A stretch of 64,000 nt of DNA, from IMG/VR virus record IMGVR_UViG_3300030104_003133; one strand, given 5' to 3'. The notes beneath the pieces are model-generated. The model was not told the origin of the DNA and did not search any database. It saw nothing but the letters and a program-made list of their open reading frames with translations. The translations under genes were made by a program, and so were the position numbers. Below, one piece after another: positions 20,564-29,107 of the stretch (the first letter of the stretch is position 1; each line of letters begins with the position of its first letter). This DNA is from an uncultured virus (IMG/VR IMGVR_UViG_3300030104_003133) (taxonomy: Duplodnaviria > Heunggongvirae > Uroviricota > Caudoviricetes).

Positions 20564-21987
20564 ATCTCTACCGCCTCTAATTCAGTTTTTATCAATTCAC
20601 TAACTAATTTTATCAAATTCTCATTTCCACTCATTTGATACCCAAACCTAAATATCCTTTTATTGTTTAAAAGAATGGTAGTAATATGTTTACCACCTTC
20701 CATGTTTGTGTCAATTGTATATTTATATTGTTCTAGCCTACTTCTTTCCTCATCACTAGTTCTATCTAAATATGATTCTAATGCTGGATAGTAGCCACCA
20801 CCAGTCTGTTCTTGTTCTTCTTCTGAGAGCCTTTGCCTTTCAGGTTCTAATGCCGTAATGTCTTCCAAAGATGCAATTTCACCAGAATCATTTACTTGTA
20901 CTGCCTTAGTTTTCATTCCATAGAAATCTTTTACTGCCATTTTGATTATATTCAAAGGAGCATTACCATCTGGACTAAACTCGAATTGAACTAAACAATC
21001 ATTTTGCATAAATTGTTCAATAAAATCACCTATTTGAAGTATATATGGAGTTACGTTTCTAGTTGTACTATCTAGTTCAATCACTATTCCCTCATCACCT
21101 TGATAAAGAGGTACTAGAGGTGCTTTAGATTTATCTAATATTTCTTTGAGTTTACGGTCAAGGTTACGTTTAACATAAAGCGGTACACTACCCTCTAAAA
21201 CATTAATAATTTTTCGTTGAACATAGTCTTGTCCTTCTTCTCCCATACTAATATCATCATATACTGCGGGAGGTAGAGTAATAGGTAAATGTTGATAATT
21301 AAAATTAATATTTACACGTTTCCTTGAAAAAGCCCTAGTGTTAGTTTGAGGGTTAATATTGTTAATGTCTAATACTATTTGATAATCAACTTTAGTTCTG
21401 GTATCTGTGCTAAACCTTAGTTTGTCTTTTTGTTTGGGACTTACACTTGTTTTCATTTTAGGATTAATAGTTTCTGCTACTTTTAATTCTTGCCTTAATT
21501 CACCAAATAAAACCTCAACATATTCTCTGTTTATTTGCTCCTTTATTTCAACAAACATCTCTGAGAATTGTTCTGCTACATCAATATGAGCATCTCTTAA
21601 TTCATCTACCATATCATTATGTGTTATTTCTTCTAAAGTTCCCTTTCCACGCTCTATTGTTTTAATTTTAGATTCCAACTCTTTTATTCTAGATAATGCC
21701 TTATTTCTAAAAGGTGCTATAATAGGAGTCAAACTAGATAATGGTACAACGTCTTCCATTCCCGGTTCTTGTGCATTATCAATAATGGCATCGTAGGTAG
21801 CAGTAGTGGTTGCTTTGAGTTGTTTTACCCATTGCCTGACATTAACTAATTTACCGTTTTTTAGAAATAACAATTTATTGTCACCATATCTAGTATATTC
21901 ATAACTTGATTGTGGACTGCTAAATATATTAGTAACTAAATTCTCTTTAGGTAGTTTCTTTAGTACATCAATCCACATCGTAACCAA
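20560..21987 (-). CDS. Hypothetical protein with W-tag
   Basis: 475 aa, MWIDVLKK. Confidence 0.55.
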   Translation of the reverse strand: MVTMWIDVLKKLPKENLVTNIFSSPQSSYEYTRYGDNKLLFLKNGKLVNVRQWVKQLKATTTATYDAIIDNAQEPGMEDVVPLSSLTPIIAPFRNKALSRIKELESKIKTIERGKGTLEEITHNDMVDELRDAHIDVAEQFSEMFVEIKEQINREYVEVLFGELRQELKVAETINPKMKTSVSPKQKDKLRFSTDTRTKVDYQIVLDINNINPQTNTRAFSRKRVNINFNYQHLPITLPPAVYDDISMGEEGQDYVQRKIINVLEGSVPLYVKRNLDRKLKEILDKSKAPLVPLYQGDEGIVIELDSTTRNVTPYILQIGDFIEQFMQNDCLVQFEFSPDGNAPLNIIKMAVKDFYGMKTKAVQVNDSGEIASLEDITALEPERQRLSEEEQEQTGGGYYPALESYLDRTSDEERSRLEQYKYTIDTNMEGGKHITTILLNNKRIFRFGYQMSGNENLIKLVSELIKTELEAVEI

Positions 21988-22058
21988 ATCTCCCTAAAGC
22001 CCATATTCCATGTAATAATAAAAAAGGAAATAACAATATCTCAAATATTCTCCACATA

Positions 22059-22262
22059 TTAATTCGGCGTGTAACTCACACACCCTCCTGTATTATCTAT
22101 ATTTATTGATTCTAACTGGCAAACTCTTACTTTATTGTTAATACAATTTATGGCATCGCAATTATTTACACTGGTATCGCCTTGTTTTGGAAACATTGGC
22201 CTATTAATGCCTCTTGCTAAATCACTTCTTAACTTTTGTTGCCATTTTTGAGGTTTAACCAT
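22059..22262 (-). CDS. Small Cys-rich protein (DUF1540-like pattern)
   Basis: C-x4-C-x7-C...C. Confidence 0.45.
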   Translation of the reverse strand: MVKPQKWQQKLRSDLARGINRPMFPKQGDTSVNNCDAINCINNKVRVCQLESINIDNTGGCVSYTPN

Positions 22263-22264
22263 AT

Positions 22265-22516
22265 TTATCTCTCCTCAATCATAACTTTCCAGCGTTTTAG
22301 CCTTCTTTCTAAAGCATCTAATGTTTGTCCTCTTCTACCTACAAATAAACCTGTCATCTTTGGAAATACTATTAATGTAATTGTATTGTTATCTCTATTT
22401 ATTTCCATCCTTTTTATCTTATCGTCTAACCTTGCCTTTTCATAGAAAATTCGCACGATATTTTTTAGGACTTTATCGGCAATAGAATCGTTTTTTACAA
22501 CTTCCTCCCATGTCAT
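22265..22516 (-). CDS. KH-domain RNA-binding protein with W-tag
   Basis: GLFVGRRGQTL GxxG loop; MTWEEVVKN. Confidence 0.7.
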   Translation of the reverse strand: MTWEEVVKNDSIADKVLKNIVRIFYEKARLDDKIKRMEINRDNNTITLIVFPKMTGLFVGRRGQTLDALERRLKRWKVMIEER

Positions 22517-23021
22517 AATTTATCAGACCTTTAAAACTCAAAATTTGGGCCGTCATTTATTTGCCACTTGCGCTTTTTTTTATTTTAAATTAATTCTATT
22601 TCCAGAATAAGGTAGAGTTTTAATCTTTTTTATATTTATTTAATAGTTTTAATTCTTTTTAATTGTATATTGAGATAAAATATTTGTATTCTTTTGTGTA
22701 CGGCGGCGTTTTTATTTATACATCAAATACTGGATTTGAACGTAGTGACCCCTTCTCTATCTATGCCATTATAGGCAAAGCATATTAATGTAGTGTTGGC
22801 AGCACTAAATAATTATACCACAACACAGTAAAACAATATTAATATGTAATAAAAAAAATTCTGCCTCACGGCCATATGGTTGCACATAATGTATAGGAAT
22901 GAGCCATTCCTTCGTTAATACAAGGAATAGGTGAATGGAAGGAATTAGTGTTTACCCGACAAGTTAAACGGCTATTCTGCATACATTTCATTTGGACACT
23001 AAGCGTGTCCTTTCGCAGACT

Positions 23022-23062
23022 ACCATATGGTGTGATGCTTTGTCGAATGAACACCCTATAAT
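23022..23062 (+). promoter_or_regulatory. Putative promoter of cassette A
   Basis: ACCATATGGT-N6-CTTTG...ACACCCTATAA upstream of GGTGA and ATG. Confidence 0.55.
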
Positions 23063-23124
23063 GTGTCTATATGTGCTATTATTGTGTGAGGGGCATTACT
23101 CACACTAAACGAGGTGAAAGAAAT

Positions 23125-23667
23125 ATGGCAGATTACAGTATGGATGATAACGCATGGAACGCAAAGAAAGCAGATATTGACGAATGGTTTGAGGCTAACC
23201 CAGACTTTTCGGCTAACAAGGCAATTACCGATGGACTATTCTCTATCGGTGATTCACAGGTTGAAATGAGGAAGAGATATTGGGCATCAATAGCAGGTGT
23301 CTTCGCAGGTCTTCCTAATTCCCCTATTGGTAGGGGTCGTCAATCTTTGATGGACGTAACTGATAAATCTCATGCAGACACTTACTTGGCTACTCTAGGG
23401 GATGCCTATGGTGTATTGTATGATTCAGCGTATGCAATTCTAAGAACACACGGTAAATCCGGTGGAAACCTATATTCCACTATGGATGATGGCCGAAGTG
23501 CATTCGTAAAGGACATGGTGACTAAGGCTAAGTTATTCATCAATTCCGGATATAACGCAGGTAAATCCCAGAACGACGATAAGAGGTTCTGGGTATCTTT
23601 CGATGATGGTGGTTCAATCGTCGTTGTAGATAATAACGCTTCTATGGGGGTAGAAGAAGAAGAGTGA
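23125..23667 (+). CDS. Hypothetical protein, paralogue of 27247-27753
   Basis: Start MADYS after GAGGTGA; LRTHGK motif; ends VEEEE. Confidence 0.7.
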   Translation: MADYSMDDNAWNAKKADIDEWFEANPDFSANKAITDGLFSIGDSQVEMRKRYWASIAGVFAGLPNSPIGRGRQSLMDVTDKSHADTYLATLGDAYGVLYDSAYAILRTHGKSGGNLYSTMDDGRSAFVKDMVTKAKLFINSGYNAGKSQNDDKRFWVSFDDGGSIVVVDNNASMGVEEEE

Positions 23668-24244
23668 GGCTTAATGCCCCTCACCACCCTTCGGGGTCAT
23701 TTAATCAAAGTATTACCATATGGTTGTCAATAATAGACGGATTGAGCCGGGGTAAATATCATGGGCGAAAGTAGACGCTTTATGACTTACCCCAACGCTG
23801 CCGGGTAAGCCACCCGTAATTCTTTCAGAACGCACTAAGAGTGCTATTACTCTCTGGCTACCATATGGATGTAACTCGTAGAGGCGGAAAATGATTGGAT
23901 AATATAATACGCTAAGTATAAGTGAAGCGGTATTCTCCTGTTCATTTTTTGCTCCACAAGTCAGGTTTACAACCATATGGATTGCTCTTAATGTAGAGAA
24001 GGAGGCATTCTTTCGTTTAAACAAAGAAGGCCGAGTGAACGGTTTTATTGCTTATCCCGTATGCGTCGGCTTGCGCACCGTAACCACTTCGTTTATACTA
24101 AGCGTCATATTGACGCTGCGCAACCATATGGAAATATCTCGCCAAAGGGTATTGTTGCTTAGTGAGCAACTACGATGATATTTCCACATCTGGCACATTA
24201 CATTCGTACTTAGCGTACTGACCATATGGTAATGTACTTTGATA

Positions 24245-24668
24245 GTCTGTTACCAGAATCACTAGATGCCTCATTTTCTACTCCCGATTCTAGTGGCGTC
24301 ACTACTGGACGACTTATACTGATTGTTATATGTGTTTTAATGCGGGCAGATGAGGTCTTACTCTAGGAGAGTGTAATGAAGGTTTTTTGGGCGATATCGT
24401 AACATCACGCCTCCGATAACCTACAACGGGAAATGAATGGATAAAGGGTTCTCTTTCGATTACCTTCAAAGTGTCATGGGTCACTAGTTTATGCCATTGT
24501 TAATGCATAGCCTTTACCCGACCTTACCACTAAACTCATCGCTAAATGAATTGTACTACCTACCGTTTTCTTTGGTCGGCTCGCTGAGTCGCTAAACTCC
24601 GATTAGTGTACCTTACCCCCTAACGAATGGGGTTGTTCAGTCAATCCGGTGTCCCCCGTCGGGGACAA
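24245..24668 (-). ncRNA. Candidate ~420-nt structured non-coding RNA (cassette B)
   Basis: Cassette-type promoter at 24688-24727 (minus); no ORF of 60 aa or more; several hairpins, e.g. TGTCCCC/GGGGACA 24650-24667. Confidence 0.45.
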
Positions 24669-25431
24669 TAATAGAGAAACTATCGTGTTAATATAGGGTT
24701 ATTTTGTCAAAGCAACAACCATATGGAATTGAAACATAGTGGTTTTCTGTGGCTTGGGGGAGTAATACGCTAAGTGTAAACGAAGTGTCGGAGGAAAGTG
24801 ACAGAAAATCAAACCCTAAAAAATAATTTGGTATAATCGTTGTTATTACCATATGGTAATGTCAATAATGTAATTATGATTTCTACCAGTCAGGAAGTGT
24901 GACCACAACCACGTTTCACTTACACTTAGCGTGTATATTGCTGCACACCTCCATATGGTGCGATAGGCGTAAACACTCTTAGTGTTAAGGAAACGTTAGC
25001 CGGGGTTCCATATAATAGAAACTTCGGGTGTTGTAACTTGTTGCTTCTATGTTCATGAGAACCAATCAAGTTAGAATGCTACGCATTCCACTACCATATG
25101 GTAAAAGATTTCTTTGTGAAGGTTCTGGTACGAAGCCTGAGTTTTCGCAATATAAATACACGCTAAGTGGTAACGAAGTGTATGTGGCGCAAACTTACCA
25201 GCAGCGAACAAAGTAATCACTGTAAGGGTTTTACCCGGTCTTACGACCATATGGTTAAGTAACGAAGTTACGTTTTTATGCACTGGGGCTGGTAGAACAA
25301 TAGTGAAACGCTAAGTAAGAGTGAAACGGCATTGTTGTACCGCGACGGTTGCATCAAATCACCACAGGGTCTACGACCATATGGTAGGCTACACTTTGTT
25401 CCGTAGAATGCCCCATTTCTGGGGACTTATA

Positions 25432-25530
25432 TCATTTCATTGGCACTATTCTACATATGCCCGCAATTGGGTCATAATAGTAGCAATCATCATGCCTCCT
25501 ATTACAATGCTCGCAGATTTCATCTTTCAT
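25432..25530 (-). CDS. 32-aa Cys-rich microprotein
   Basis: MKDEICEHCNRRHDDCYYYDPIAGICRIVPMK; ATGA overlap; followed by hairpin 25411-25424. Confidence 0.5.
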   Translation of the reverse strand: MKDEICEHCNRRHDDCYYYDPIAGICRIVPMK

Positions 25531-25688
25531 AATCTCTCCTCCACATAGTTTCTAAATCTCGACGCATTGAAATTAGGATTCGTATTGTGTAACTCTATCA
25601 CCAACCTATTGATTTGATTGTTATCTAATTCTAAGGCTATTGCTATCTCAGCAATCTTGATGAAGTGTCTTCTTTGAAATAAACTCAT
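25527..25688 (-). CDS. Small phage protein
   Basis: MSLFQRRHFIKIA...NPNFNASRF. Confidence 0.55.
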   Translation of the reverse strand: MSLFQRRHFIKIAEIAIALELDNNQINRLVIELHNTNPNFNASRFRNYVEERL

Positions 25689-25780
25689 ACTGCCACCCCC
25701 GCTTTTACTGCACAAGCATAACAAAGGCCAATCTTCTTGTTCTGTGATATTGGCTTACCACATTCGTTGCATGGTTTCAT
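25685..25780 (-). CDS. 31-aa C4 zinc-finger microprotein
   Basis: MKPCNECGKPISQNKKIGLCYACAVKAGVAV; ATGA overlaps at both ends. Confidence 0.6.
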   Translation of the reverse strand: MKPCNECGKPISQNKKIGLCYACAVKAGVAV

Positions 25781-26022
25781 TCTTCCTCCTCCTTAAAATC
25801 TCCATATATTTCATATTCGCTGTTATCGCCATATTCTGTACCAGTAAATATGACTTCAATTCCCTCAAATCCATGACTACATAGTGTGAAGGCAGAATCG
25901 AAGAACCCTACATGTTCATTGTATATCTCGAAAACTTCTTCATTTGTCAATTTTCTTGGTGACTTGATTACCCATTTCCTAGTATCAACCGACCATTCTT
26001 CTACTCTATACTCTATACTCAT
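25777..26022 (-). CDS. Acidic hypothetical protein
   Basis: Coupled ORF in cassette C. Confidence 0.55.
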   Translation of the reverse strand: MSIEYRVEEWSVDTRKWVIKSPRKLTNEEVFEIYNEHVGFFDSAFTLCSHGFEGIEVIFTGTEYGDNSEYEIYGDFKEEEE

Positions 26023-26732
26023 TGCATCACCAAATCAATTGTGTCCTTAGAACATTCATAGTTTGCACTAGATAGTATTTCTGTTGTGCAATCAACGGTA
26101 TGTGTAATCTCAGCATTGGATATTCTCTCAAGTGCTGAAACCATTCTTTGCCTAATGTTTCTCATATCATCAGCAGGGATAATAACAATTGACTTCTCTA
26201 TGTTCTTCCTGTCTGTAATAGATTCTATGTCCTTCCTTATCTCAAAGGTAAGTGAGAAAGCATCATCATTGACTCTTTGAATCTTGGTTGTTAGTTCAAC
26301 ACCATCATCCAAATAAACCATTGATGGGTAAATTGTTGATGTTGTCATTTCACCATCAAAGTTCTCATCGTCCATATATGCGTAAGAGCCGGGTACTGCC
26401 ATCCATTCTGTGTTCGTTGATTCTTCTGTTCTCTTGAAGTATTCAGCAATCCATTCATTGTTAATTAAATCTCTGACGATATCTCTAGCCTTGAATTCAT
26501 AGTTAGTAGTAAAGGCTAATTTATCATTGATTAGAATATCATATGAATTATTTGTCTTTATTATTTCTCTTAGACCGTATTTCTCATCATCGGGTGTACC
26601 ATAGAAATAAGACTCTACTAATGATATACCATCATCATGTAGATAAGATGAAAACTTTCGCATTAAAACAGGCGAATCCATCCATTCCTCGCTTTCAAAC
26701 ATTATTGTCATTGTTCTCTTGTATAGTGTCAT
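26019..26732 (-). CDS. Hypothetical protein
   Basis: 237 aa, cassette C. Confidence 0.6.
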   Translation of the reverse strand: MTLYKRTMTIMFESEEWMDSPVLMRKFSSYLHDDGISLVESYFYGTPDDEKYGLREIIKTNNSYDILINDKLAFTTNYEFKARDIVRDLINNEWIAEYFKRTEESTNTEWMAVPGSYAYMDDENFDGEMTTSTIYPSMVYLDDGVELTTKIQRVNDDAFSLTFEIRKDIESITDRKNIEKSIVIIPADDMRNIRQRMVSALERISNAEITHTVDCTTEILSSANYECSKDTIDLVMQ

Positions 26733-26734
26733 AT

Positions 26735-26926
26735 TTATCTCTCCATTGTTATGTATTCGTTTAGTGCCGTATGTAATTCATTGATTACTTCTTCTAAATC
26801 ATCACCAGATACCCGCAATTTGTTTATTGCTAGTATAAGCGATGAACCAGACTTCATATGCTTAAGTTCAAGCACATATTTAGGCTCATTTATCTGTTGT
26901 ATTGTTGTTGTATTGGTATTATCCAT
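26735..26926 (-). CDS. Small hypothetical protein, first gene of cassette C
   Basis: GGTGA SD; cassette promoter at ~26960-27000. Confidence 0.55.
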   Translation of the reverse strand: MDNTNTTTIQQINEPKYVLELKHMKSGSSLILAINKLRVSGDDLEEVINELHTALNEYITMER

Positions 26927-27246
26927 ATTTGTTTCACCAATATTAGGGGATGATTCGCCCTTATGAGGTTATTGCTGAACAAAGTGCATAACCATATGGT
27001 AAGGCCGTTAAATAGATTTGATTCAAAAATAGACATTGTTAATATCCTGCGCACACTGAAGTTTCTCTCTCCCATAGCCACGCAGGGATGAAAAATCACC
27101 CGTTTTTTTCCTAAGTAACTATTCTGCACCAGAAAAATACCTATTACCATATGGTTTCATACTTTGCTCAGGAACCCCTTATAAGGTCGGATGATATGCT
27201 TCTATTGCCCCAAACGGCAACAAAATTAAGAAAAGGTGAAATAAGA

Positions 27247-27753
27247 ATGGAACAAATAGATTGGGATTCAGTCAAATTTAAGGTAAATGATATGTTAGAT
27301 GCGGATAGCGAAATTAACGCTATTCCATCCGATGTTGTATCTCTAGCAAGAATGTTGCTAGATACTGGTGATAACAACGCTTCAACGCGTGAATCACTTA
27401 CAACATCAATTAGGGGAATGCTAAAGCCATACCCCGGCTACCCTTGGAAGAGGGGAAATCAGGGTTCACTCCCTGCTGCTGCAAGAGCAGTTGTTGATAC
27501 TGCTTGTGAAGAGATTAGGTCTGCTGCACACGCTTTCTTTAGCGGAACACTAACCTACTCTCAGCCATTGCTACGAAAGCATGGTAAAGCCAAAGGCTCG
27601 CCAGTATATGTTGATGCTGACGAATACGCAAACACACTAGCAAAGAAGGCTAGGCAAAACGCAACGGCTCTATTTAAGTCGGGTGAGTGGGACGGAACAT
27701 TAAGCGGTCTATCTGCTTGTTCCGCCTACGAATTTGTGGAGGAAGAGGAATAA
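27247..27753 (+). CDS. Hypothetical protein, paralogue of 23125-23667
   Basis: Start MEQID after GGTGA; LRKHGK motif; ends VEEEE. Confidence 0.7.
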   Translation: MEQIDWDSVKFKVNDMLDADSEINAIPSDVVSLARMLLDTGDNNASTRESLTTSIRGMLKPYPGYPWKRGNQGSLPAAARAVVDTACEEIRSAAHAFFSGTLTYSQPLLRKHGKAKGSPVYVDADEYANTLAKKARQNATALFKSGEWDGTLSGLSACSAYEFVEEEE

Positions 27754-27794
27754 TCCTCTTCACCACTTAATCGCTAGTTTGGTGGCATTCCTGC

Positions 27795-27839
27795 GGGAGA
27801 GGGAGTTTAGTCCTATTTTGGGCTTTATTCCCTCTCCCC
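27795..27839 (+). terminator. GC-rich hairpin closing cassette D
   Basis: GGGAGAGGGA...TCCCTCTCCC. Confidence 0.5.
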
Positions 27840-28523
27840 AATTCTTCTGGTAATTATACGTTCAAAGTGTATAATACCATATGGTTCGGTTTTAACTTAT
27901 TTTAAGCAGTCGCCGGGGAGAGCGTTGCGCGGGGGTTATAAACTCGGAGGCTTGCCTCTAATTAGAAGTCGGCAATTATAATTTAACACCGTTCAAACAC
28001 GCTTTCCGACAAACGGTGTATAAGTCAGTATAACAATCAATGGCCTAATTTGTTATGTAGTTAATTAGGTACTCTGAGATTATAGTACCAATAAGATGCT
28101 CTAATCATTGTTATATGACATATATCATACGGATATGCTTATGATATATCCTATATGATATGATAGTGAGAATTACGAACAGGCAGAACTGCTAAACTCT
28201 TACACACTTCTCGTTTCCAATCTGAGTGAGAATGAGAGGTGGGCAAGAGTTAGTAGGTTTAGGTATAAGAAGTAATGATATATTATATATTTCTATTATT
28301 ATCATTATTCTACTACTATTATTGCCACCACACCCTCCCCTCCCTTCTCTATTATTATTTGAGATGGGGGGGTGGAAATGAGAGAAATGAGAATCACAAA
28401 TAGAAATGACAATATCTCTAGCAGTTTCAGCAGGAGAACTGATAAACTTTCATTTCCACCAATGGAGAGAAACATTGTGGAAACAACTGACCGGGAGAGC
28501 AGGTTAACATTGAAGGTGTTAAA

Positions 28524-29015
28524 ATGAATAAAAAATGGACAAAGAAAGAAGAAAGCAGATTAATATCTTTATGGAATGAAGGTTTAACCATAAAGCAGAT
28601 TGCTAACGCAATAAAGAACAAAGATATGGTAAGCGTAAGAAATAAAACGCAATACTTAAGAAGGAAGGGAATCCTTCAAGGAAGGAGAAACAAGACTAAC
28701 GTTGAAGTTAAAGATGATAATACTCTAGGAGAAAGTAATATGACAGAACAAGATTCTACTAATATTAAAATAATTAAGACGATTGAAGATATTCGTCTAT
28801 TCCTATTGAAGAAGAATGAACAATATGGCGATTCTGCCTTAGAACCTATTCGTATCTTTTCAAAGGCTGATAAACATGAGCAGTTGAAGGTAAGAATTGA
28901 TGATAAACTAAATAGATTAGTTCAAGGTAATGCCGATATAGAGTCTGATGAAGACGTTGTTAAAGACTTAATAGGTTATCTTATACTACTTTTAATCAGT
29001 ATGAAAGATAACTGA
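28524..29015 (+). CDS. Myb/HTH domain fused to a DUF1599-like (nucleotide-modification-associated) domain
   Basis: KWTKKEE..IANA; KNEQYGDS..RIDDKLNRL..DLIGY. Confidence 0.6.
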   Translation: MNKKWTKKEESRLISLWNEGLTIKQIANAIKNKDMVSVRNKTQYLRRKGILQGRRNKTNVEVKDDNTLGESNMTEQDSTNIKIIKTIEDIRLFLLKKNEQYGDSALEPIRIFSKADKHEQLKVRIDDKLNRLVQGNADIESDEDVVKDLIGYLILLLISMKDN

Positions 29016-29024
29016 TTTGCATAA

Positions 29025-29094
29025 TGTAGGTTTGCCGAGTAAAAACATTACACCTCCTTCCTTATCCTTTAGGCAATAGTAATGTTTTCCTACA
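29025..29094 (+). ncRNA. Structured RNA element 1
   Basis: TGTAGG/CCTACA outer stem, TTTGCCGAGTA insert, AAAACATTAC/GTAATGTTTT inner stem. Confidence 0.45.
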
Positions 29095-29107
29095 ATTTAC
29101 ACTCGAA

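Larger units (their letters stand above)
22872..27884. repeat. Dispersed array of 16 CCATATGG palindromes (mostly ACCATATGGT)
   Basis: Core starts at 22872, 23023, 23716, 23861, 23973, 24124, 24222, 24719, 24849, 24951, 25094, 25247, 25377, 26992, 27147, 27877. Confidence 0.95.

Noticed and set aside
23713..25548. Track ORFs 23713-24024, 25071-25283 and 25321-25548 (also 22866-23054 and 26890-27150)
   Set aside because: They cross the palindromes (recurring HMV peptides), lack clear SD sites and have atypical composition
22872..27885. CRISPR array
   Set aside because: The repeat is only 8-10 bp, spacing is 98-1615 bp, and the intervals carry their own conserved motifs and genes; no cas operon
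28360..28490. Canonical archaeal ORB boxes
   Set aside because: Only partial TGGAAA/TTCCA and G-run matches; no Orc1/Cdc6 gene in the window
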